DNA of 64,000 nt from Lingula anatina (taxonomy: Eukaryota; Animalia; Brachiopoda), in NCBI GenBank assembly GCA_051362555.1, contig CM120645.1, positions 22,630,001 through 22,694,000 of the forward strand, read 5' to 3'. Positions 22,940 through 33,542 of the stretch are shown here, piece by piece. The notes below the pieces were generated by a model. It ran no database searches, was not told the origin of the DNA, and was given only the letters and a program-made list of their open reading frames with translations. The translations under genes and the position numbers were made by a program. The number at the start of each line of letters is the position of its first letter. Positions within the stretch are counted from its first letter, which is position 1.

Positions 22940-24491
22940 AAGATACCTACAAGGTTATGATGAAATAAATAAGAAGTACCTTATTGAGGGCTTTAACAAG
23001 GGATTTGCACTGGGGATTCAGGGAACAGTCCATCCAAATCACGCAAAAAATCATAAATCTCTGTCCAAAAATATGAATGCAGCCAAAGCTAAAATTGACA
23101 AGGAAATTCAATTAGGGCGCATTATGGGTCCATTCAATGAACCTTTAGAAAATTCAGTGATTTCCCCATTAGGTTTAATACCAAAAAAGGAGGCTAACAA
23201 ATTCCGCCTGATACATGACTTGTCCTACCCAGAAGAAAAATCGATCAACTCCTATATCCCGGAAACATTTTCACGCGTCCAATACGAAAACATTGAAAAT
23301 GTGATTTCTTTGGTTATTAAATTTGGCAAACATGCATTAATGTCCAAAGCAGATATAGCTGACGCTTTCAGGCTTATCCCAATACACCCATCAAATTATA
23401 AATTCTTAGGCTTCTCCTGGAATGAAAAATTTTACTATGATAAATGTCTACCAATGGGATGCTCCTCCTCATGTAAAATATTCGAGTCCTTCAGCTGTGC
23501 TCTGCAATGGATAATGGTACACAAGTTCAACACGTTAGGCATTTCACATCTGCTAGATGATTTCTTTTTTATAGGACCACAAAATGATGATCGTTGTAAC
23601 GCTGCATTAAATAACTTCTTGTTGTTATGTAAGGAAATAGGAGTCCCTATAAATAACGAGAAAACAGTCACACCCACTACTGTAATCACTATTTATGGAA
23701 TTGAAATAAACTCTGACACAATGACTGCTCAGCTTCCCCAAGAAAAGGTCTCAAAAGCAGTACAGCTCCTTAAATCCATGAATAAAAAGAAAAAAGTTAA
23801 ACTTAGGGACATGCAATCCCTAATTGGTTTTCTAAATTTTGCATGTTCAGTAATAATACCAGGACGAGCATTCCTACGCCGCCTCATTGATCTAACACGA
23901 GGAATTAAACATCCCCATCACTATATCAGGTTGAACAAAGAAGCTAGGGCAGACATGTCTGCATGGTTAAGTTTCCTACACCATCATAATGGCAAATCCT
24001 GTTTCCTATTTGAAAAGTGGCTCTCATCCGAAAGTATAAAATTTTTCTCAGATGCAGCCGGAAAAAATGGGGGCTTCGCAGCCATCTTAGGTAGTCAATG
24101 GTTTATGGATAAATGGCCAAGAGACCTCGAAGATATGCATATCACATGGAAAGAGCTATTCCCAATCATTCTAGGCATAGAAATTTGGGGCAAAAAACTA
24201 GCGAATCATAAAATACTGTTCATGTGTGACAATGCATCAGTAGTGGATATCATAAACAAGACTTCAAGTAAAGATAAACATATCATGATTTTAGTAAGAA
24301 GACTTGTTCTGGCAACATTAAAATATAACATTCATTTCAAAGCCAAACATATCCCCGGATATACAAATATCATAGCAGATAAACTTTCCCGATTTAAATT
24401 ACAGGAAGCTTTCTCATGGGCACCATGGCTGGACCCTCAACCAACCCCAATACCCAAAACTCTGACTCTGATGTCATCCAACAGTTGTTAA
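22758..24491 (+). CDS. Reverse transcriptase-RNase H (DIRS/Ngaro type)
   Basis: FRLIHDLS, KADIADAFR, LPMG, HLLDDF, then FSDAAG, KELFPI, CDN, ADKLSR. Confidence 0.95.
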   Translation: MDIAESTILKEYATTTTAYTGMLASNANNSTLSSSAEEKIITPQNKTLQALPTPIKAKRLERYLQGYDEINKKYLIEGFNKGFALGIQGTVHPNHAKNHKSLSKNMNAAKAKIDKEIQLGRIMGPFNEPLENSVISPLGLIPKKEANKFRLIHDLSYPEEKSINSYIPETFSRVQYENIENVISLVIKFGKHALMSKADIADAFRLIPIHPSNYKFLGFSWNEKFYYDKCLPMGCSSSCKIFESFSCALQWIMVHKFNTLGISHLLDDFFFIGPQNDDRCNAALNNFLLLCKEIGVPINNEKTVTPTTVITIYGIEINSDTMTAQLPQEKVSKAVQLLKSMNKKKKVKLRDMQSLIGFLNFACSVIIPGRAFLRRLIDLTRGIKHPHHYIRLNKEARADMSAWLSFLHHHNGKSCFLFEKWLSSESIKFFSDAAGKNGGFAAILGSQWFMDKWPRDLEDMHITWKELFPIILGIEIWGKKLANHKILFMCDNASVVDIINKTSSKDKHIMILVRRLVLATLKYNIHFKAKHIPGYTNIIADKLSRFKLQEAFSWAPWLDPQPTPIPKTLTLMSSNSC

Positions 24492-25381
24492 AAGCTTCAC
24501 TTGCTCCAAACACAAGAAAAATGTACGGGAGAGTGCTCACTAACTTCAATACCTACCACAAGCAGAAATACGCCAAGCCTGCAGAATATCCACTCGACCA
24601 ACAAATCTTAGCTGGTTACATTTCTCATCTTTTCCAACAGAAATATCAGGCAGCGACAATAGTGTCATATATATCAGTCTTGAGTTTTGTGCACAAGATG
24701 GATAATCTCCCAGATCCGACCAACTCATTCTTTGTCAAACAATTACTGAAAGGGGTAAAAAATACTTGCAAATCACCAGATACAAGATTACCAATCACCT
24801 TAGAATTATTGCATCAGATAGTTAGGAGTAGTGACAAAGTGATCCCATCATTTAACAAGCGTCTTCTATGTAATGCCATGTTCCTATTAGCATTCCATGC
24901 CTTTCTGAGAATAGGGGAATTTACAGTAACAGGGTCAAATAAGATGGAAAATATTCTTCAGGTTCAACATGTAGTGTTTAAATATGCAAGCACTAAGTTA
25001 ACTAGCATGAGTGTAAAAATTGAGCATTTTAAGCATAGCAACAACAAGCCAGTTCATATTGAAATTCCAAGTTCCAGCCCTATTGACATATGCCCCGTAC
25101 ATACTTTAAAAGCATATCTAGATGTCTTCAAACATTCTTCAGGACCCTTGTTTCAATTTGTAGACAGATCCCCAGTACCACGCTCCTTTTTCACAACAAA
25201 ATTACAAGCAATTCTTTCCTTTAATGGCCTTGACTCCAAAGTGTACAAAAGCCACAGCTTTAGAATAGGTGCAGCAACATCAGCAGCCGCGAGGGGTACA
25301 CCAGAAATAGTCATTCAAAAAATGGGTAGATGGAATTCAAATGCACTAAAAAGTTACATCCGTATCTCGACATTTTCTTAA
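24416..25381 (+). CDS. Tyrosine recombinase
   Basis: Catalytic set LRIGE, HFK, HSFRIGAAT, GRW, SYIR. Confidence 0.95.
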   Translation: MGTMAGPSTNPNTQNSDSDVIQQLLKASLAPNTRKMYGRVLTNFNTYHKQKYAKPAEYPLDQQILAGYISHLFQQKYQAATIVSYISVLSFVHKMDNLPDPTNSFFVKQLLKGVKNTCKSPDTRLPITLELLHQIVRSSDKVIPSFNKRLLCNAMFLLAFHAFLRIGEFTVTGSNKMENILQVQHVVFKYASTKLTSMSVKIEHFKHSNNKPVHIEIPSSSPIDICPVHTLKAYLDVFKHSSGPLFQFVDRSPVPRSFFTTKLQAILSFNGLDSKVYKSHSFRIGAATSAAARGTPEIVIQKMGRWNSNALKSYIRISTFS

Positions 25382-28300
25382 AATCCAAGTCAATAATAAC
25401 AAAAGGGAGGTCAGCAGAGACTGCTCCTTAATAACACTGATCATCAATAACAATAAGGTGGCTTATGCAGACTGCTCCAAAAACTTAATTCACAAAACCC
25501 CAAAACAAGTAAGGCCAAATCCTGGTTCCATCACGGTTATATACTTTTCTAGAACTTTGTGAACTCAGTATTTTGTCCTTGCTGACACTGGATCTAGAAA
25601 CTGGATCCCAAGGCCAGCAATGCCTGCTTGGGTGACATGTCAGCCATTGGATAGTTACCATATTTGTATAGAGACTTAATTGTTATAAGTTAGAATTTGT
25701 TGATCTATCAGGGTCATTTGTAACTGTATCACCTTCCATTTTATATGAGATGTTTACTATATAGAAAACTTAATTATAACAGGTTAGCATTAGTCAATTT
25801 ATCAGGATAATTTGTAACTGTATCACTTTCCACTTTATATGTATTGTTTACTGTAGCTAACGTTTTAATGTGAAGCACCTTTCTTGTAATTTATTTTGGC
25901 ATAAAGAGCTATTTAATTAGCAATAACTGAGATTATCAGGGTCATGAATACATGCTAGTGACCATATTGGTATTAGATACGTAGAGTTCTGATGGTAAGC
26001 AAAGGATAATGAGCAACTTCCACCAAGGTCAGCAATGCCTGCTTGGTGACAACTTATCAACTTAGTTAAGAAATAACGGTGTATGGCATATAGCCCAGGA
26101 AATATAGAATAGTAACAGAAAGTATGAAAATTAGGTAATTCAATCATTGTAAGGGAATGCAACCTTGTATAAATATCACTATGAGGAATTAGCATGAATT
26201 CAGAGGAGTCTCCTTGGATGGGGGGATACAGACTGCGGACAGTCTGTATCTTTGGCCCTTTTTCCCTCCATCTTTGCTGAAATGTAAATTATATCTTTAA
26301 GCTTGAAAATTATATAACATGCATGGTTGTCATTCATAGATTTATATCTAACTCTCAGTATTTTTCATTCGTACTTTGAACATTAATCAAAGTGCAAATG
26401 TCAATAAAATGACATTTTCAACCTACATCTATTTGATTTTGTTTTGTGTATGATAACAAATTTTGACAGCAAACTAGCCTCGGCGACTCCTCTCAATTCA
26501 TGCACTCATAAATATAATTTATTGGTCACAATAAAGGGATTTATGTGTGATGAGGGTATTAATGTGATGTAAGATGCCCAGGGACTAAGATAGGTTGATA
26601 GAAAGATAAGCTCCAGATGCTTTTTCCCTAATTACAGACAGGATGTCTCCGCTTTGTATTTCACGCTGTTAAGTTAATTACTACCAAATGACACTGGTCA
26701 GATACCAGTATAGCAAAACCTGATTGGTCAGTACAACCTAGTCTCATTGTGATCAGCCAATCAGAATCATAAGGAGTTCAGCTTCACCAAGAACAAAGAA
26801 CACTCTGTCTCACTTCCTTAGAAATTTTTAACCTAGTAGTACATGCTCAGGAGAGAATAGTTTTTAGTGAATTTCATAAAGTTTCTCAAACCCAACCCTG
26901 TCCCTCCCTAATGTTCCCTGATTAATTAATACTACGAACAATTATTAATTCTATGTATCATTATTATATGTATGGTATTTATGTTCAGAAACATTTGACA
27001 TATAGGTAAGCCTCTATGGGTTAGCAGTTCTCATTTTGTTTAAGTCAACATACAGGGCATAACCTTAGCATAGGGCACATATGGCAGTTATAAGGCCAAG
27101 AGAGACAACTCTATTAGTGGGCTGTCAGAGCATTGAGGAAACCTACGTCCCCTTCCTGAAGGGTAGGGGTTGCGCAGCTCGCTCTCAGCCTCGGCCGAAT
27201 TTTGGACATAAAATTTATCTAAAACATATTGCCATGTGTGGGGCCCTTTTTCCCTCCATCTTTGCTGAAATGTAAATTATATCTTTAAGCTTGAAAATTA
27301 TATAACATGCATGGTTGTCATTCATAGATTTATATCTAACTCTCAGTATTTTTCATTCGTACTTTGAACATTAATCAAAGTGCAAATGTCAATAAAATGA
27401 CATTTTCAACCTACATCTATTTGATTTTGTTTTGTGTATGATAACAAATTTTGACAGCAAACTAGCCTCGGCGACTCCTCTCAATTCATGCACTCATAAA
27501 TTTCCACTGGCGGTAAATTTTGAGGGGCGGTAGATTTTCACGGGCGGTAAAATTTTCAGCAGGTAAATTTCCACCTTTACTAACAATTTCAGACATCACA
27601 TTATGTAAAACGGGCAGATGACAGCGCTTTGCGAGTACGCTGGAGTGGTAATTTGTACGGGGAAGGCAACAACAAATGTGGTCGATGGTATTTCAAATTT
27701 AACGGCGTGGAATGCTCCAACCCTGGGTCTCTAGAGTGGGTCATGTACGTTCATGGTGGTGAAGGACCTCAGGTGCAACGTGGCTTTGCATGTGAGTAAA
27801 AAATAGATAAGCACCTCAAGGATGTATTGTCAATTATATTGATATAATCAAGTAAAGTTTCAGCGCTGTTCTGGACCAAGATTCCATAAAATTTTAACAC
27901 GGACGTAAAAATTCATCCGTGTCTCTTGATAACATTATGTGATCTTTTTTATCGCGGATTGATGTTCATTTTACCTTATCGTAGAAGGCAAACTGATTCT
28001 TTCCACTGAAACATTGTTTCTGCGGCAACTTTCATGAGACTTCCTTTGTTACTGTACCTAAACATCATATAACGATGGTATCCAATTTCGGTGTGTGGAT
28101 CATTTCAGTTAATGGGATATGTGAAGGGATTGGTTCTGGAATCATTGTGATAACGCTGCATGTTGGAAACTGTCCAAGCACTAGTTACTCTGCCTACACT
28201 GCACAGACAGGTATATATATTTATGGCTTAGTTTGTTTCTACTTAGCCCACTATGCTCTCGTTATTAGTGATGGGTATATTTGATACGGCATTTTTTTTT

Positions 28301-28545
28301 TATTTCTACTTATCATATCATACCTTGCTTTCTGGTTTTTTGTTGATATCACCTTTTAAGGTTAAAACAGCAAATTACCTGAAAACTGAATGTGTTCTAA
28401 ATATTGCTTATAGTCAATATTATTTTTTACTTAACTTAAAAACACGCGAGGAATAATTATTGACTTTTTGTAACTGTGCATTTCTCTTATTGGGAAGCTG
28501 AATTTGACACATCTTTTTTCTACTGACATGTCATTTCGTATTAAG

Positions 28546-30020
28546 TACCAGTCTCTGTAAGGTTCAGAATAGGGTGGCACATGACCATCTCAGATTTTGA
28601 TGAAAATTGGTGTATTTGTTCATTATAGCCCCAAACCAACATAATGGATATTGGTTTGTTTGAATCACCCTCGGTTGCCATGGTAACAGCACTTAAAAAT
28701 TTTCACCCAAGATGGCGGAATCCAGATTGCAAAATTTCAATTTCAGCTATATTTGAGCTAAAAAAACCATAAATGTGGATAAATAAACATTTTTCATTTT
28801 CAGACATTGTTAAATATCATATCCTATTTGAACTAAAAACATATAAATAAATGTTTTTGGTGGCCTTTAAAAATTAGAAAAATAACTTTGAAAATGGGGA
28901 ATTTTCAAAAATTCCAATTTTTGCTAAAATGCCCAAATTTGCAAATTTCAAATACATTTTTCGAAGACTGGCCAAAGCCATCTATTATCACCATACATTA
29001 CATAAGAAAGAACATGTACTGTCCTTTTATAATCAAAAATAAAATTTTTTTCAAACACATTTTTCAAAAAATTATTCAATTTTTAAAATTCTTAATCCAA
29101 GATGGCGGCAACCAAATTGCACATTTTACATATTTGTGTATATTAAAAATAACAATCATGGTTAAACACATATTTTATATTTGTATGTTGCTAAATTCCA
29201 AATCTTGATTAATTGAAAAACATAAAAAATATTATTTTTTGCTGGCCTTTAAAAATTAAAAAAATAACTTTGAAAATGGGGAATTTTCAAAAATTCAAAA
29301 TTTTGCTAAAATGCCCAAATTTGCCATTTTCAAATACACTTTTCATAGACTGGCCAAAGCCACCTATTATTGACATACATTACATAAGGAAGTACATATA
29401 CTGAACTGTTTTAATCAAAAATAAATTTTTTTTCAAACACATTTTTCAAAAAATTATTCAAATTTTAAAATTCTTAATCCAAGATGGCGGCAATCAAATG
29501 GCAAAATGTCCCTATTTCTGCTTTAAACTAAACAAGCATGGATAAAACACACATTTCATTTTAGTATCCTGCTAAATATTATATCTTGATTTAGTCAAAT
29601 GCATATTACTTAATATTTTAAACAGTCCTAAAAAATTAGAAAAACAACTCTAAAAATGGCAGATTTCCAAAATTTCAAATTTTAGCTAAAATGCCCAAAT
29701 TTTGCCATTTTTAAATACATTTTTCATAGACTGGCCAAACCCACCTAATATTGTCATACATTATAAGTAAATGTTTTGAGTTAATATTATAAAAAATCAT
29801 TTTTCAAACATTAAAAAAAAAATGCAAATTTTTAAATTCACAATTCAAGATGGCGTCAACCAAATTTTCCATTTTTTGCTATTTCTACTTTAAAAATGGA
29901 TTAAAATACAAATTTTGTACTTGTGTCCTGCTAAATAACTTGATTTAGTCAAAAGCACACAGGTAAATATTTTTGTGATCTTTAAAAAAACCTTTAAAAT
30001 GATGAATTTTCACAATGGGA
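28546..30020. repeat. Unclassified repeat (probably a DNA-transposon end) with about 3.5 diverged tandem units of about 380 bp
   Basis: CAAGATGGCG recurs at about 28708, 29098, 29480 and 29846; GCTAAAATGCCCAAAT recurs with a similar period; begins exactly where paralogy ends. Confidence 0.6.
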
Positions 30021-30202
30021 CAATGGGTGTTAATCTTTCGAGGTCATACAATAACAGCAATGTGGTGGTATTATTTTGGTTGACATCCAATAGTTGAGAA
30101 ATATCTCCTACCAGTCTCAGCTTCAGTTTCAATCTCTTGTGGACTTTCTACCACTGTCCAGGAAAAAAATTCCCTTATTCATAAACTACTATCTATAATG
30201 TG

Positions 30203-30368
30203 CAGGGGCGTAACCAGGCATACGCACGGATGCACTGTGCGTACAATTTTTTGAGCCAACCATGATATTATTCTACATAAATTCAGTGTATTTTTCACGG
30301 AATATAATCGTACCTGGGAATTTTCAAAATCTGTGCGTACAATTTTAAATGGTCTGGTTATGCCCCTG
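30203..30368. mobile_element. MITE, CAGGGG...CCCCTG ends, 5-bp TSD
   Basis: TIR CAGGGGCGTAACCAG / CTGGTTATGCCCCTG; ATGTG on both sides. Confidence 0.75.
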
Positions 30369-30882
30369 ATGTGCGTGGATTTAGCAGTGCCCACCCCAGA
30401 TTAGTTAACATTTTTATTTGATTCTTTTAATTGTATATGAATATATTTTAAACAAGTCACAGTGAATTAAAACATGTTTTTAGTCTTTCTTATTTGAAAG
30501 AAAATGAGGCATCTTCTCTACATAGTAGTAAATTATATGAATATTTATTATGGTGTTCAGCATTTTTGTCACAAACTTAAAATACCAATATATATTTTCC
30601 CTCATGCTCCTTGCCCTAAGATGTTCATAATTTATTAATTTTGCTAATTTTCTTTTGGTATACAACTTATTTGTAAGAATATTTGTTGTAGGTAAAGTCC
30701 ATTGGTAACCAGCTACACTGTTAGAAGTTGTGATATCAAAGCAAAGCAGTTATCAATGTTAAGGGTGCCTCAACATGATAGTATTTGATGCATTTTGTCC
30801 TTAAAGCCATTTTATGTATACCATGATAATAAGGCGATACAATAATCACTGACTTAAAGACAAAAGCCATATACATTAATTT

Positions 30883-31608
30883 ATGTCCAGTTATGTCGAA
30901 GAATTTTTAGATTTTCAATATAAGACTAAATTTCTGTCTGAATCAGCAACTAGAGCACTGGGTTTAATTATAGCAAAATCAAAAAAGGTTGGTCAAATGG
31001 TATTCTCCACATACCAAAAATTGTTTAACAGTTGTGTAACTCCAATTTTAGAATATGGATCGGGGGTCTGAGGATTCTCAGAAAGTGAAACCTGTGAAAA
31101 AGTTATGCTCAAAGCGTTCAGATACTTTAAAAATACACCGATTTACACCAGAAATGAGTCTGTATGGTGACTCAGTTTGGATACCACTAAAATTTAATAG
31201 GTGGTTGAACATACTTAGACTTTGGAACAATTTAATACTCACCCAAAATGAAAGACTTGTCAAACAGATTTTTTAGAAGATTACAAATTGGGAAAAAACT
31301 GGTGCTTTGAGTTAAGAGAGATGCTCAAATTCTGTAATATGGAAAGCCTTTTTTTTAACAAACAAATTTTGGATATAGAATACATAAAAAAACTCTTCTA
31401 TGAAAAATTCCAAATTAAATGGAAAAAAAGATATTTTGAAATTTCCTAAACTTCGAAAATATATGACATTTAAAAAAGAATTGAAAACTGAAAAATATTT
31501 ACAAATAGATTTAAATAGAAACGAAAAATCAATTTTTACTTAATTTCAAATGGGCATTTTGCCTTTGCAGGTAGAAACTGGACGGTATACAAATACGCCG
31601 GTATACAA
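30883..31608 (+). mobile_element. Degenerate non-LTR retrotransposon fragment (post-RT region, RTE-X-like)
   Basis: Broken frames give KLFNSCVTPILEYGSGV*G, PKLRKYMTFK and LPLQVETGRY; truncated at the duplication junction. Confidence 0.7.
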
Positions 31609-33152
31609 ATTCTTTGTTTTACCAAAAAGACACCAAAATCGATGTACTTTAGCTAGAAAGTGAAATCGACATTTAACCTCACAATAAAAGCAATATTCGC
31701 GTTTTGTGAAAATATTGATTACCGTGTGGGGACATCTGAATACGTTTCCTGTGATAACGTCCAGTGCTTTTAGGAGGTAAACAAAGTAGAAAAATTTCTC
31801 ATTGTGGTTGGAAAATTTGCACACGATTCAGAATATCAGAATAATCAGCAAATAATAGAAACAAAAAAGAAAAGAGAAAAAGCGGGTCATCTAAAAATAT
31901 AAATAACATGGAGGCACTAGCTGTGTCCTTAAACTATGTTTTTTGTTTGTTTGTTTATTTTTACCGAAAAGGAATACTATTACAGTTGACCATTATAAAA
32001 TAGAATTTAGGGGTTCGAACGTTCTATATTTATCTATATATATCTATTATTTAAAGTACCAGCGTGTGTGCTTTTCCTATCGGTCAACAAACCATGGCCT
32101 GATGAAAAGCATTACCTCTACAGTGCAAGGACTATTGTCGCGTTACTTTTTTTTTTTCTTTTGAAAACTGTGTAATATCAACGGGTAGGATTTTCTAATG
32201 AATGTATTTTGATGTGTAAAACATGCTGTTTGCTGTTTTGCTCGATATACGATATCAAAAATACAATTGAGCATCGGGATGGAGGACAAAACCCTTGAGT
32301 TTCTCTGGTCCTCCCTGAGGGGTGGGGAGGGGGGCAGGACATAACATATGGCACTTTAAGGAATTTTGTCCTGCCTTTCGGAACTAGTGTACTGTGTTCC
32401 TCAGAGCCAGGTGCTGGGTCTCCTCCAGTTTCGAACCCAAGCACTCTCTTGATAAATCGCTCGCTTCCATGGATTTGGCATGGGTCCTTTCCTCCCATCC
32501 CCCACCAACAACAAACAACACACACACACACACACACACAGACTCTATTAGTCTATCACGCCGCACAATGCCTGGGTAACCATATAACATACAGGGGGAT
32601 TTCTTTTAAAACTACATTACATATATGAATAATGAGGGGTTTAATTCATTTCTAGAAATTGACTTAATGATTTAAAGGCATTTCTCTTTCATTATAACTA
32701 TAAAATATATGGCCAAGAATTCGTTTATTTATTGTCATGGGCTAAATTATTTTAAAAGATATTTTTAAAACAAGTTTTGAAACAAGTTGGTTTTTAAATC
32801 AATTAGTTTAAATTATTCATCCCCTTTATTTCCTTGTATTTTCATACTGAAAAATCTTTTGAACAAAATTGGTTTTTGGGCTTTAAATAAATATTATCAT
32901 TAATCAGACCATGGCATTTAACCACTAGGAAAAATGTACACACTGGAGACTAATAATAAAGTTCATCATCGACCGCGGAAATACTGTAGGCAAAGTCACA
33001 TTAGGTGCTATAAAATATGTATTTTCTTGTTAGGTTTAGAGTGTCAAATTGTGAGTCTCGTTAGGTATTCTTGATCCGGTGATTTTACGTATATTATACA
33101 CTTGAAACCAACTAACTGATTTATTTAGTCAACGAAATCAGATCAGGGCAGT

Positions 33153-33508
33153 ATGGTCAACCTTCTTGTTCTTGGGATCGCCATTGCGGCTTTGAAACCA
33201 GCAGCAACCGAAGTTATCAACACTTGTCAAGCTCGGCCCTACCCGACACTTCTGGATGTGAAGCAAGTGCCTTCAGACTACAATGTCACTAACGTTCTTG
33301 CTACGACGAAAGAAGCCAGCAACATAGAGTGTGTCATCAAATGTAAAATCACACCAGACTGTATCTCTGTATTCTACAACAGTCAGTCAATGGTTTGTTA
33401 TATGTTTGGTGAAATACAGTTCATTTCTCCAGCTCTCGAGAACACAGGTCCTATATCGGTGGGGCGGCTAACCAATCTCGTACCGAGGGCTGTAAGTATA
33501 TATATTGG

Positions 33509-33542
<34 letters not shown>

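Larger units (their letters stand above)
19606..27501 (+). mobile_element. Ngaro-type tyrosine-recombinase (DIRS order) retrotransposon with split direct repeats A1-ORFs-B1-A2-(spacer)-B2
   Basis: A1 19606-19988 equals A2 26508-26890; B1 26254-26507 equals B2 27242-27495; gag, RT/RNaseH and YR ORFs overlap; empty site at about 37319. Confidence 0.95.
3752..28210 (+). pseudogene. Truncated paralog of the PAN/EGF/CTHRC1-domain gene (exons 3-8 retained: 12347-12438, 18294-18492, 18658-18807, 19130-19215, 27593-27791, 28109-28210)
   Basis: ATG GCC AAC at 3752 is joined directly to intron-2 sequence, so about 1.06 kb containing exons 1-2 is deleted relative to 33162-34220. Exons 9-12 are missing after 28544. 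Confidence 0.8.
2314..28544 (+). repeat. Segmental duplicate of 31609-38262 (expanded by three retroelement insertions)
   Basis: Colinear similarity from TTCTTTGTTTTACC (2315 vs 31610) to CATTTCGTATT (about 28542 vs 38261) once the insertions are removed. Confidence 0.9.

Noticed and set aside
24416-25381. Phage integrase or bacterial contamination
   Set aside because: Overlaps a DIRS-type RT/RNaseH ORF inside split direct repeats within a spliceosomal intron.
28888-29404. Two similar ORFs (MGNFQKF...) as a gene pair
   Set aside because: They are translations of the AT-rich tandem units of about 380 bp, with no protein-like features.
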